A DNA stretch of 64,000 bases from an uncultured bacterium (GCA_963827235.1 CAWHAE010000019.1:160001-224000), one strand, 5' to 3'. Positions 8,132 to 17,935 are shown, numbered from the stretch's first letter. Translations and numbers: made by a program. Notes: generated by a model not told the origin, from the letters alone.

Positions 8132-10710
8132 CCATCACCATACCCGAGCTCTCGCTGGTCGTGCTGATCGGTGCTTCCGGTTCGGGCAAGAGCAGCTTCG
8201 CACGCGCGCATTTCAGCTCCACCGAGATCCTGTCCTCGGACTTCTGCCGGGGCCTGATCTCCGACGACGAAAACAGTCAGGAGGCGACCGGCGATGCCTT
8301 CGAGGTGCTGCACTTCATCGCCGCCAAGCGGCTGGCTGCGGGACGCCTGACCGTGGTCGACGCCACAAACGTTCAGCCTTCGTCCCGGCGCCCGCTGATC
8401 GAGCTTGCGCGCGCCTACCACTGCCTGCCGGTGGCGATCGTGCTCGATTTGCCGGAGCGCCTCTGCCTGGATCGGAACCGCGGCCGGCCCGACCGCGACC
8501 TGGGCCCGCGCGTGGTGCTGCGGCAGATCACCGAGCTGCGGCGCACGATGCGCGATCTGCCACGGGAGGGCTTCCGCCACGTGTTCGTCCTCAGCTCGCC
8601 CGAGGAGGTCGCTGTGGCGGCTATCGAGCGCCAGCCACTGTGGAGCAATCTTGCGCACGAGCATGGACCATTCGACATCGTGGGAGACGTGCACGGCTGC
8701 TGCGACGAGCTGGAAGAGCTGCTCGGCCGGCTCGGCTTCGTGTCGACGGAACAGGTGAACGAGCTGGGCGGCGTGACGCCGCTCTACCGCCATCCCGAGG
8801 GGCGCAAGGCCGTGTTTCTGGGCGACCTGGTCGACCGTGGCCCCCGCATCCTCGATACCATGCGCCTGGTGAGGGCAATGGTGAATGCCGGTGTGGCTCT
8901 CTGCGTGCCGGGTAACCACGACATGAAGCTCATGCGGTGGCTGCGCGGGCGTGCGGTGCAGATCGCGCATGGGCTGGAAGCCAGCGTGGCGGAAGTCGAG
9001 GCGCTGCCCGACGACGTCCGACCAAAGGTGCGCCGCGATCTTGCCGAATTCCTGGACGGCCTGGTCAGCCACTTCGTGCTCGACGACGGCAAGCTCGTGG
9101 TCGCCCACGCCGGCCTCAAGCAGGAGATGCAGGGCCGCGGCTCGCGCGCCGTGCGCGAGTTCGCCCTGTATGGCGAGACGAGCGGAGAGATCGACGAGTT
9201 CGGGCTGCCCGTCCGCTACAACTGGGCGGCGGAGTATCGCGGCAAGGCGGTGGTGGTCTACGGGCACACTCCGGTGCCCGTGCCCGAGTGGCTGAACAAC
9301 ACGATCGACGTCGACACCGGTTGCGTGTTCGGCGGCGGACTGACGGCGCTCCGCTATCCCGAGCGCGAGGTGGTGACGGAGCCGGCCCGGCGTATCTACC
9401 AGGTCTCCAAACGACCGTTTCCGGCGGAGGAACCTGGCGATGACCTGACGGCACAACAGCGCCAGGACGAGCTGTTGGACGTCGAGGATGTGCTCGGCAA
9501 ACGCGTGATAGAGACCGCGCTGTTGGGCCGGGTGACCATTCGGGAGGAGCAGGCAAGCGCCGCGCTCGAAGTGATGAGCCGCTTTGCCGCCGATCCCAGG
9601 TGGCTGATCTACCTGCCGCCGACCATGTCGCCGAGCGAGACGAGCAAGCTGCCGCAGTTACTGGAGCACCCGGCCGAGGCTTTCGCCTACTGTCGCAAGG
9701 AAGGCGTGGCGTCCGTCGTCTGCGAAGCCAAGCACATGGGCTCGCGAGCGGTCGTCGTCTTGTGCCGGAGCGAGGACGCGGCACGAGCCAGGTTCGGTGT
9801 GGTGGGCCAGGGAAGTGGCATCGTGTACACGCGCACCGGCCGCCGGTTCTTCGACGAGCCGTGGCCGGAGCGCGACCTGCTCGCCCGCCTGCGCCGCGCG
9901 CTGGACCACATCGGGCTGTGGGAAGAGCTGCAGACGGATTGGCTGGTTCTGGATTGCGAGCTGATGCCCTGGTCGGCCAAGGCGCAGGATCTGCTGCGCC
10001 GGCAATATGCCGCCTCCGGGGCCGCCGCTACGGCGGCTCTGCACGAGGCAGTGCGTACGCTGCATCTGGCGACCGCGCGTGGTCTGGACACGGCCGCGCT
10101 GCTGGGACGCTTCGAGGGGCGCCAGACCATGGTCGCTCGGTACGTGGAGGCGTACGGCCGCTACTGCTGGCCGGTGCAGACCATCGACGACTTCAGACTG
10201 GCGCCGTTCCATCTCCTGGCGTCGGAGGGCAAGGTGCATCACGATCGCGGCCATCTCTGGCACATGGGAACACTATCCCAACTCTGCGCGGCGGACTCCG
10301 ACCTGTTCATACCAACGCCCCATCTCGAAGTGGAGCTTGCCGACGAGGCGGCAGTGGCCCGGGGCTTTGGATGGTGGGAAGAGTTGACCGCCACTGGCGG
10401 AGAGGGCATGGTGGTCAAGCCGTGCGACTTCGTCGCGCGCGGGCAGCACGGCCTGGTGCAACCGGCCGTGAAGTGCCGCGGCCGCGAGTATCTCCGCATC
10501 ATCTATGGCCCGGAATACACTGCGCCCGAGCACCTTGAGCGCCTGCGCGCTCGCAACGTGGGCGCCAAGCGGTCCCTCGCCCTGCGCGAGTTTGCCCTTG
10601 GCATGGAGAGCCTGGAGCGGTTCGTACGCCGGGATCCGCTGCGGCGCGTGCACGAGTGCGTGTTCGGCGTGCTGGCGCTGGAAAGCGAGCCCGTAGATCC
10701 CAGATTGTAG
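8128..10710 (+). CDS. pnkp: Bacterial polynucleotide kinase-phosphatase-ligase Pnkp (RNA repair)
   Basis: Kinase GASGSGKS / DATN; metallophosphoesterase GDVHG, GDLVDRG, GNHD, YGHTP; ligase motifs EAKHMGSR, LDCELMPW, EGMVVKP, VKCRGREYLR; C-terminal ESEPVDPRL. Confidence 0.95.
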   Translation: MTITIPELSLVVLIGASGSGKSSFARAHFSSTEILSSDFCRGLISDDENSQEATGDAFEVLHFIAAKRLAAGRLTVVDATNVQPSSRRPLIELARAYHCLPVAIVLDLPERLCLDRNRGRPDRDLGPRVVLRQITELRRTMRDLPREGFRHVFVLSSPEEVAVAAIERQPLWSNLAHEHGPFDIVGDVHGCCDELEELLGRLGFVSTEQVNELGGVTPLYRHPEGRKAVFLGDLVDRGPRILDTMRLVRAMVNAGVALCVPGNHDMKLMRWLRGRAVQIAHGLEASVAEVEALPDDVRPKVRRDLAEFLDGLVSHFVLDDGKLVVAHAGLKQEMQGRGSRAVREFALYGETSGEIDEFGLPVRYNWAAEYRGKAVVVYGHTPVPVPEWLNNTIDVDTGCVFGGGLTALRYPEREVVTEPARRIYQVSKRPFPAEEPGDDLTAQQRQDELLDVEDVLGKRVIETALLGRVTIREEQASAALEVMSRFAADPRWLIYLPPTMSPSETSKLPQLLEHPAEAFAYCRKEGVASVVCEAKHMGSRAVVVLCRSEDAARARFGVVGQGSGIVYTRTGRRFFDEPWPERDLLARLRRALDHIGLWEELQTDWLVLDCELMPWSAKAQDLLRRQYAASGAAATAALHEAVRTLHLATARGLDTAALLGRFEGRQTMVARYVEAYGRYCWPVQTIDDFRLAPFHLLASEGKVHHDRGHLWHMGTLSQLCAADSDLFIPTPHLEVELADEAAVARGFGWWEELTATGGEGMVVKPCDFVARGQHGLVQPAVKCRGREYLRIIYGPEYTAPEHLERLRARNVGAKRSLALREFALGMESLERFVRRDPLRRVHECVFGVLALESEPVDPRL

Positions 10711-10725
10711 GAGAGGAGCTTGCCG

Positions 10726-11094
10726 GTGGACGACAAGGATGCCGTCACCCTCCTGTACAGGCCGGTCGGCCGCGCGGAGTTGGATCTCATTCATGCCTCG
10801 GGTGACCGCGTCTTCCCGCCGAGACTGCCCGGGCAGCCGATCTTCTATCCCGTGCTGACCTGCGAGTACGCCTGCAAGATCGCGCGCGACTGGAACACGA
10901 AGGATGAGGCATCCGGCCACGTGGGCTACGTCACCCGATTCCGGGTGCGGACGGAATTCCTGGACCGCTATGCGGTGCAGACGGCCGGCGGCAGGCAGCA
11001 CCAGGAATACTGGATCCCGGCCGAGGATCTGCCCGCGTTCAACGAGAGCATCGTGGGCACGATCGAGGTCGTGGCGGAGTACCACGGCACGTGA
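10726..11094 (+). CDS. Small conserved protein with ADP-ribosyltransferase-like motifs (family often labelled ADP-ribosylation/crystallin J1)
   Basis: LYRPVG..EL..I..SG...FPPRLPGQPIFYPVL...YA..IARDWN...GYVTRF...HQEYWIPAEDL..FN..IVG.IEV; GAGGAG RBS 16 bp after the pnkp stop. Confidence 0.75.
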   Translation: MDDKDAVTLLYRPVGRAELDLIHASGDRVFPPRLPGQPIFYPVLTCEYACKIARDWNTKDEASGHVGYVTRFRVRTEFLDRYAVQTAGGRQHQEYWIPAEDLPAFNESIVGTIEVVAEYHGT

Positions 11095-11155
11095 GCGCGC
11101 CGGCAGCATGCCCGCACGGGGCGACCGGAAACGCAGATAACACAGATAGACGCAG

Positions 11156-12136
11156 TCATGAGCCGGACTCCGGCGCTGCTTCGAACCGGCTACACAACAG
11201 CTCCGTGCCCAGTCCGCTGACCAGCAGGCGCTCCTTCGCGTCGCTCAGTAGCTGCTGGGTCCAGGTGGTGAAACCGCCGTCCACAAGCTGAAACTCCTGC
11301 CCGCGGCCGTTGCCGGCGTGGATGTTGAAGCACGCTCCCGTATAGTACCCGCGACCTCTCTCGCGATCGGGATCCAATGCGCATTCGACGCCGGGATAGG
11401 CCGCTCGCAAAGGCTCGAGCACCTGCTGTCGCAGGGCGTCGCTTCGCCGTCCCTGCTCCAGGTCCGTGACGGTCAGGCGTATGCGATCGGCAGCGATGTC
11501 GAGCGAGCGCGCGGCAGCCAGCAGACGCAGGTAGAAGTCGATCTGCTGGTGCAACGTGGCCGTCTCGAACCGGAAGCTGCCTTCGTCGCCGCCTGCCGTG
11601 CACAGCGCGAAGAGGCGGAAGTGCGCCACCGCGTGCGGCGAGCTGTATGCCTGCGCTCGAAGCACGCGGTGGGACGCGCAAAGCCCCACGCGCTCATGGC
11701 TGTTCCTCTCGGCCTGCCGCTGCCGGCGGCGGCGAACCGCACATTCGAGCGCCAGCACGTTCGTGGTGTCGGCAACCACCTCGGTATTGCGGATCGTCGC
11801 CACCACCTTGTTCTGATCCACGGTCGCGACCGCAGCGTTGGTGCCGAGGGGGCAAAGCGGTGCCAGCTCGATTGCACTGAATCCGTTGGGCAACAGCGTC
11901 CAGGCAAGTCGGTCGCAGTCTGACAGCCGCGCCGGATCGATCTGGGACGGGCGCACGAAGCGGTCGTCCGCGTAGCGCTTGGCGAGTATGTGCGGCGTGA
12001 CTTTCGCCGCGCGCCGGCGATAGACCTCCAGCAAGAGTGACTGCAGATCCGTGGGTGACAGGCGCTCGGCCAGGATCTCGACGAGGTCGGGAACACCCGC
12101 TTCACGCTGGATTCGCTCCACGATCGGGTTGCTCAC
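11156..12136 (-). CDS. Uncharacterised class II aminoacyl-tRNA-synthetase-like catalytic domain protein (HisRS/HisZ-like)
   Basis: Motif-2-like HRVLRAQ...AHFRLF, RGRGYYTGACF, LVDGGF, motif-3-like SGLGTELL; no anticodon-binding domain. Confidence 0.6.
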   Translation of the reverse strand: MSNPIVERIQREAGVPDLVEILAERLSPTDLQSLLLEVYRRRAAKVTPHILAKRYADDRFVRPSQIDPARLSDCDRLAWTLLPNGFSAIELAPLCPLGTNAAVATVDQNKVVATIRNTEVVADTTNVLALECAVRRRRQRQAERNSHERVGLCASHRVLRAQAYSSPHAVAHFRLFALCTAGGDEGSFRFETATLHQQIDFYLRLLAAARSLDIAADRIRLTVTDLEQGRRSDALRQQVLEPLRAAYPGVECALDPDRERGRGYYTGACFNIHAGNGRGQEFQLVDGGFTTWTQQLLSDAKERLLVSGLGTELLCSRFEAAPESGS

Positions 12137-12527
12137 GTCGTGTCTCCCACCTGCAGCCGCTTTGCAGTTCCGTGGCGAAGACCGATCCGCGGATGTGCGT
12201 CGCGCCTAGATTCTCACCCAGTCTATCATCGGCAGCGGCGTCGCCGGCAAGCCGGTCGGGCTCGGCCTGCGCTGGGCGATGCGGTGCTACACTTGGGGAC
12301 ACGTGGTTTGCCCAGGTCTGTGGCGCGACGATCAGGTGGCGTGCCCGCATGTTTACGTCGAGGTGCAATCTGCCGCCCAGCTTGTCGCCCGGAATCTATC
12401 TCTACATCAAGACAACGTGAGTGCGCACCGTCGTTCTTGCAATGACGCGGCAGTGCTGCCGGGCGGCGCGGACCTTCACGATGTGGTCGTGCCGGAGCGC
12501 TGCAGCGGAGTTAGGCGAGGACAAGTG

Positions 12528-13103
12528 ATGGACGTGAACGAGAATAGCTCATACTGGACCAACGGCGTGATCGGGCTGCGCGCGTTGGAGCCCTCCGACT
12601 GGGAGGCCTATTTCGCCTGGAACCAGGACGACGATATGTCCCGCAGCATGTACGTTGTTCCCTTTCCGCAGTCGCAGGAGGCCGTGCGGAACTGGGCCGA
12701 GCAGGAAACTCTGCGCAAGCCGGGCGACGACAGCTTCCGCTTCGCTATTGTGGACTCGGCCGGCGCGCTGGTAGGCGATCTGACCACGCACCAGTGCGAC
12801 CGCCGCAACGGCACCTTCTCGTACGGCGTATGCGTCGCGAAAGCCAGCCGCCGGCGGGGCTACGCCCGTGCGGCGATCACGCTCGTGCTGCGCTACTACT
12901 TCCAGGAGCTTCGTTACCAGAAGGCGGCGGTGTCGATCTACAGCTTTAACGAGGGGTCGATTCGCCTGCACGAGGCCCTTGGCTTCCAGCGCGAAGGCCG
13001 GCTCAGACGTATGGGTTACTCGGACGGGGCGTACTTCGACCACCTCGTCTACGGGATCACGGCAGAGGAGTTCCGGGACGGCCGGTATGGTGCCAGGCAT
13101 TGA
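12528..13103 (+). CDS. GNAT family N-acetyltransferase (RimJ/RimL type)
   Basis: LRALEPSD, RRRGYA acetyl-CoA motif, NEGSIRLHEALGFQREGRLR; GAGGA RBS. Confidence 0.9.
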   Translation: MDVNENSSYWTNGVIGLRALEPSDWEAYFAWNQDDDMSRSMYVVPFPQSQEAVRNWAEQETLRKPGDDSFRFAIVDSAGALVGDLTTHQCDRRNGTFSYGVCVAKASRRRGYARAAITLVLRYYFQELRYQKAAVSIYSFNEGSIRLHEALGFQREGRLRRMGYSDGAYFDHLVYGITAEEFRDGRYGARH

Positions 13104-13152
13104 CGCCTCGGTGAAGCGCGGCTCGCACCTCTTGCTGCCGCGGGATGGGCGC
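12989..13152 (+). repeat. Diverged direct repeat, copy 1 (GNAT 3' end plus decayed DUF429 start)
   Basis: Gapless alignment to 16835-16998, about 123/164 identical by hand count. Confidence 0.85.
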
Positions 13153-13240
13153 GGGACTGACGGTGAATCGATGCCATGTCCGAGTCGGCGCCATCGCGGA
13201 ATCTCGACGGCTGCGGGCGCGGGCTGAGACGCCCTGGCCG

Positions 13241-13726
13241 CTACTGTGCCTTGGCAGTGCTCGTGGCCCCGCTTCGATGTGCGGTGACCTCGGGCAGGCG
13301 GTAGAGCGTACCGATCTGGCCAAGCAACTCGGCGTCCTCGATGGGGCCGCACATGTATGCATCCGTGCCTGCCTCGAACGCGGCGAGCAATTCGGCCTGG
13401 CCGCCTTCCGGGAACACCGTCAAGATGGGCGACGTTATGCCGGCGGTCCGAAGCCGGCGGCACAGGGAGAGGCCGGATTCGAACGCACCGGTCAAATCCA
13501 GCACGATCACGTCGAAGCGGCCGCTGATTGCCAGGGCGCCGCCTGTCGGGTCCGGGTACCCCGTCGACACCGTGAACCTGCGCATGAGCAGCATGGCCCG
13601 CCAGTGCCGCGCCCGCGGCGTGTCTGCGGACAAGAGGAGGAGATGTGCAGGTATGGGTTTTCGCGAATACTCGAGTGCTCTGCTTGGGCTGACCGGCGAG
13701 AGCCACGTTACTGCCATGAGACACAT
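13241..13726 (-). CDS. Single-domain response regulator receiver (atypical)
   Basis: FDVIVLDL..GLSLCRRLR...PILTV...AFEAGTDAYM; conserved Lys replaced (YMCGP); start uncertain. Confidence 0.7.
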   Translation of the reverse strand: MCLMAVTWLSPVSPSRALEYSRKPIPAHLLLLSADTPRARHWRAMLLMRRFTVSTGYPDPTGGALAISGRFDVIVLDLTGAFESGLSLCRRLRTAGITSPILTVFPEGGQAELLAAFEAGTDAYMCGPIEDAELLGQIGTLYRLPEVTAHRSGATSTAKAQ

Positions 13727-14100
13727 GCCTTTCTTTGAATGCGCACACCCGGCGAATCGCTACGCACGGTCGTCATCGGTAGGGCTGGCAGGAGGCGGGA
13801 GAGGGGCATTCCGTGGTTCGGCCCTCCGTGCTTCATCACTCTCATCGTAGGATCGGGGCATGACGGCTCCATGCGCGCCGGGTGACAGTATTGTGACCGC
13901 CGATCGCGTGGCCGGAGTCGTCGAGGCGCGCCGGAGAACGTGCCTGCGGGCACGGCGGTTGCCAATGTGCCTTGTCGTACTCCGCTCGAGTCGGCATCGC
14001 ACAGACGAACGCTTATGGCTCTGGGTCCGCGGACCGACCCTCGCCGGACGGCGTTAGTCGCAGCCTCAGGCGCATGATAATATGGTCCGGGGGATAATCC

Positions 14101-16800
14101 GTGTTAGCACGCCGACTGCGCATCTTGCTCGCCCAGGATACCGCCTTCGACGCCGACCCGTTTCTGGGGGAGCTGAGGCATCTGGGATATGCGCCGCTCT
14201 GCGCGCGAGCGGAGACGGTGCATGCGCTGAAGGCCCGGATCGCGGCCGAACAATGGGACGTTGTTCTGGCCGGCTCACCGTTCTGTGGACTGAGCAGCAC
14301 GGACTTCCTGGCGCTGCTCCGGGTGCGCTGCCCGAGTGTGCCGGTTATCGTGCTGTCCGATGACCCGAGTCCAACTGCCATTCTTGCGGCGATGCGTGCC
14401 GGGGCGCGGGACTATCTATCCAGCGAGGACACCGGAGGCATGGCGGCAGCGATCGATCGCGAGGTGTCACGATCCGTGTGGACGGCTGCGACGGAGGCGG
14501 CCGGGCGCGATAGCGGCCGTGCCGAAGTCCGCGCTCCCAGCCCACGCTTGCCTATGGCCGACGACATGCTGCATACGCTGTCGCGAGCCATGGAGCAGAG
14601 TCCGGTCTGCGTGGCTATCGCCGATCCCACCGGCACCATCGAGTATGCGAACCCCAGTTTCTGCAAGCTGACCGGGTACAGCGCAGCCGAGCTGAACGGG
14701 CAAAGTCTGCGCGCCCTGACCTCCGGTCACACTTCGCCCGACGATCGCACCGGGGCGTGGCGGACCGTGGCCGCCGGCGGCACCTGGACGGGAACGCTTG
14801 CAGGCGAGAAGAAGAACGGCGAGGTCTACTGGGAGCAGGCAGTAATCAGCCCAGTCCGCGAGCAGTCGGGCGCCGTCACGCGCTGCATCGCGGTCGTCGA
14901 GGATATCACCGAGCGATTACAGGCCCAGGCAGTGCTGCGGGAGAGCGAGCGGAAATATCGTCTGCTCGCGGAGAACGCCACCGACATTATCTCGCGGCTG
15001 GCGCCGGACGGCCGGATCCTGTTCGTGTCGGCCGCCTGCATGCCTACGCTCGGCTTCGCGCCGGACAAGCTCGTCGGACGTTTCCCGCACGAGCTGGCAC
15101 ATCCGGATGACGTCAAGGCCTTGGAGGGCCTGCATCAGATCATCCTCAGCTTGCGAGATGTGCAGACGGTGACCCGTCGTGTTCGGCACAAGAACGGTCA
15201 CTATGTCTGGCTGCAGACGACTGCTCGTGGCATCGTCGATGCCGCTACCGGAGCGATCGTCGAGCTGCAAACCGCGTCGCGCGACGTCACGGCGCAGCGC
15301 GCCGTCGATCGGGAGCGCGAGTGGCTATCGGCCATAGTAGCATCCTTTCCGGATGCTATCGCGAGTTGGTCGCCTTCAGGCCACATAGAAAGCTGGAACG
15401 AGGGCGCAGAGCGGCTGTATGGCTATACGGCGGCGGAGGCGATTGGCCTGCATGCCTCGACCTTCGTGCCGCCTGAGCTGCAGGCGGAGACTGAAGCCAG
15501 GCGAGCCCGCGTCTTGCAGGGAGAGCGCGTTTCGCAGCTCGAGACGGTGCGACAGCACAAGAGTGGACGCCACATCGAGGTCTTGGCCACCCTTGCCCCC
15601 ATCCGGGACGCACACGGCGAGATCGTCGGCGTCGCGTCTGTTACACACGACATCACGAAGCGAAAGCAAGCGGAAGCCGCGCTTCGCGAGAGCGAGTACC
15701 TGCTGCAGACGCTGCTCGACGCGATGCCGGACCACATCTACTTCAAGGATCGCGATTCGCGCATCATCCGCGCCAACAAGGCCCAGGCTGCCTACCTCGG
15801 CTTTCGGGATCCCGCCGAGGAGATCGGCAAGACCGACTTCGATTTCTATCCGCGCGAGTTTGCGCAGGTCCTCTACGACGCCGAGCAGCAAATCATACGC
15901 ACGGGGCAGCCGCAGCTCGGTGCCGTAGAGGATCACTCCGCCTTCGCGCACGCGCCCCGCTGGCTCCAGGCCACGAAGGTGCCAATCATGCAAGGCGGAC
16001 ACGTCACTGGACTGGTCGGGATCACGCGGGACGTCACCGACCTGAAGCGGGCTGAGGAGGTGCTCGCCCACCAGGCGGCGGCCGCCGAGGATCTCGCGCA
16101 GCTACGCAGCAGCTTTGTGGCCACGGTGAGCCATGAGCTGCGCTCTCCCCTCACGGCCATAATCGGTTACGCCGAGCTATTGGAAGCGCAGTGGGGCAGA
16201 CTGCAGGATGCGGAACGCCTCAAGATGATTCACCGCATCGTCGGCTCGGCAAACCGGCAGAAGCGCTTGGTCGAAGATCTGCTCCTGCTCAGCCGTCTTG
16301 AGCTGGGCGGTATCGTGGCCAGGACTGAGCGGGTAACCCTGGGCAGCCTCGTCAGCCGCGCGGCGGAGGAAATTCGCACAAGCTACCCGGGCCAGGGGAT
16401 CGATCTCGACGGACCGGCCAATCTCATGGTCATGGCCGATCCCGATCGCGCCCTGGAGATTCTGCTCAATCTGGTGGACAACGCGGCCAAGTACTCACCC
16501 GAGGGATCGCCGATTCGCGTGACATGGGCGCGCGAAGGCGCTTCCGCGGTCCTCTGGGTACGTGACTTCGGCGGTGGCGTCTCGGAAGAAGGCCGGCGGC
16601 ACTTGTTCACGCGCTTTGGCCGCGTGCCCGGCAGCCGGATGCGTGCCGGCCGCGTGGGCACGGGGCTGGGGCTCTACCTGGCCCGGAGCTTTGCCCAGGC
16701 TATGAACGGTGAGCTGGATTCGGCATCCACCGGCCCTGGCGGAAGCACCTTTCGGCTCTCACTCCCGGTTGCCAAGCCGGCTCAACCCGGAGAACGTTGA
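14101..16800 (+). CDS. Multi-PAS sensor histidine kinase with N-terminal pseudo-receiver
   Basis: REC-like N-terminus, four PAS/PAC repeats (DITER, DVT, DITKRK, DVTDLK), H-box SHELRSPL, N-box NLVDNAAKYS, DFGGG, GTGLGL. Confidence 0.93.
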   Translation: MLARRLRILLAQDTAFDADPFLGELRHLGYAPLCARAETVHALKARIAAEQWDVVLAGSPFCGLSSTDFLALLRVRCPSVPVIVLSDDPSPTAILAAMRAGARDYLSSEDTGGMAAAIDREVSRSVWTAATEAAGRDSGRAEVRAPSPRLPMADDMLHTLSRAMEQSPVCVAIADPTGTIEYANPSFCKLTGYSAAELNGQSLRALTSGHTSPDDRTGAWRTVAAGGTWTGTLAGEKKNGEVYWEQAVISPVREQSGAVTRCIAVVEDITERLQAQAVLRESERKYRLLAENATDIISRLAPDGRILFVSAACMPTLGFAPDKLVGRFPHELAHPDDVKALEGLHQIILSLRDVQTVTRRVRHKNGHYVWLQTTARGIVDAATGAIVELQTASRDVTAQRAVDREREWLSAIVASFPDAIASWSPSGHIESWNEGAERLYGYTAAEAIGLHASTFVPPELQAETEARRARVLQGERVSQLETVRQHKSGRHIEVLATLAPIRDAHGEIVGVASVTHDITKRKQAEAALRESEYLLQTLLDAMPDHIYFKDRDSRIIRANKAQAAYLGFRDPAEEIGKTDFDFYPREFAQVLYDAEQQIIRTGQPQLGAVEDHSAFAHAPRWLQATKVPIMQGGHVTGLVGITRDVTDLKRAEEVLAHQAAAAEDLAQLRSSFVATVSHELRSPLTAIIGYAELLEAQWGRLQDAERLKMIHRIVGSANRQKRLVEDLLLLSRLELGGIVARTERVTLGSLVSRAAEEIRTSYPGQGIDLDGPANLMVMADPDRALEILLNLVDNAAKYSPEGSPIRVTWAREGASAVLWVRDFGGGVSEEGRRHLFTRFGRVPGSRMRAGRVGTGLGLYLARSFAQAMNGELDSASTGPGGSTFRLSLPVAKPAQPGER

Positions 16801-16834
16801 TGCCCACCTCTTTCGCATGGCCTGCGAACTGCCG

Positions 16835-16998
16835 GCGCGAAGGCCGGCCGAGTGGCATGGGTCACGCGGATGGGGCCCGCTTCCACCACCTCATCTTCGG
16901 GCTCACGGCAGAGGAGTTCCGTGCCGGAAAGTCTCGCCGCGGGCATTGACGTCTCGGCCCGGCGCGGCCTGCATCTTGCGCTCCTGGGGGACGGGCGC
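16835..16998 (+). repeat. Diverged direct repeat, copy 2 (decayed GNAT tail plus DUF429 start)
   Basis: Translates REGRPSGMGHADGARFHHLIFGLTAEEFRAGKSRRGH*, matching the GNAT tail REGRLRRMGYSDGAYFDHLVYGITAEEFRDGRYGARH*. Confidence 0.85.
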
Positions 16999-17631
16999 AG
17001 GCTGGTGGGTGCGGTCCAGGTGCCGGATATCCATGCGGCACTGGTGTGGCTGGCGGATCATGCCGCGAGCGCTCCGGTCGGCATGGACGCTCCCCTGGGC
17101 CCACGGCTGCCGCTTCTGCGCGACGCGGCGACGAGAGCCCTTGTAGCGCCTCCTCCGCCTGAGGGGCTGTATCACCGCTATCGCGTGTGCGACTACCAGC
17201 TGGCGCGCCGCGGCATCAGTCTCTATCTCTCGCCACTGGCTGGAGAGTCGCCGCCGGACTGGATGGCGGTAGGCTACGCGCTCGCCGCCGCCCTGCTGGC
17301 CTCCGGACGGCGCGCGCCTCGGCACGCGGATGACCGCGCGGCCACGCTGTTCGAGGTGTACCCTTACGCGGCATTCGTGACTCTGCTTGGAGGCATCCCG
17401 CCGCGGAAGTCGATGCCCTCCGGGCGCGCGGCCCGCCTGAGAGCGCTGGCGGACATCGCCGGTCTGGAAGCTGCCGGCAATCACGATCTGCTCGATGCCG
17501 TCGCGGTCGCACACACGGCGGCCGTGTTCGCGGCAGGCGGCGGCTGCGCGGTGGGCGACGCGACAGAGGGCCTGATCATGCTGCCGGTTGCACGCTCGGG
17601 AGTGCGCGACCGCTACATGCGCCTGGCTTGA
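16921..17631 (+). CDS. DUF429 domain protein (RNase H-fold predicted nuclease)
   Basis: AGIDVS, VGMDAPLG, RVCD, FEVYPYA, HDLLDAVAVA, EGLIMLP; GTG 16921 after GAGGAG. Confidence 0.8.
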   Translation: MPESLAAGIDVSARRGLHLALLGDGRRLVGAVQVPDIHAALVWLADHAASAPVGMDAPLGPRLPLLRDAATRALVAPPPPEGLYHRYRVCDYQLARRGISLYLSPLAGESPPDWMAVGYALAAALLASGRRAPRHADDRAATLFEVYPYAAFVTLLGGIPPRKSMPSGRAARLRALADIAGLEAAGNHDLLDAVAVAHTAAVFAAGGGCAVGDATEGLIMLPVARSGVRDRYMRLA

Positions 17632-17820
17632 AGCCAGGCGGGCCTCCCGCCGGGCACACACGGCGGCCGTGTTCGCGGCAGACCGCCACCGGCGAGCGGG
17701 CGCCCCACGGTCGCGGCCGGAGGTGTGGCCCCATGCTTCATCGCCCTGTTGATGCTCCTGATGCCTCGGGACGCCCAGTGCCCAAGCTCGTGGGAGCGTC
17801 CGGGGACACGCTTGCGAGTG

Positions 17821-17935
17821 CCGCCAAGCGCGGAGTTCACTCCTCCCCTGGGGTTCCACCTTGGCCCGAGTGCATTGTGAGGCCACGACGAGACCTACAC
17901 GGTGCGACGATGCCCCGGGATTCATTCCGCCCGTG
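17821..17935. repeat. REP-like dispersed repeat, copy C
   Basis: CCGCCAAGCGCGGAGTTCACTCC (17821-17843) is identical to 27331-27353; followed by GATGCCCCGGGATTCATTCC, similar to 25785-25802 and 59884-59906. Confidence 0.75.
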
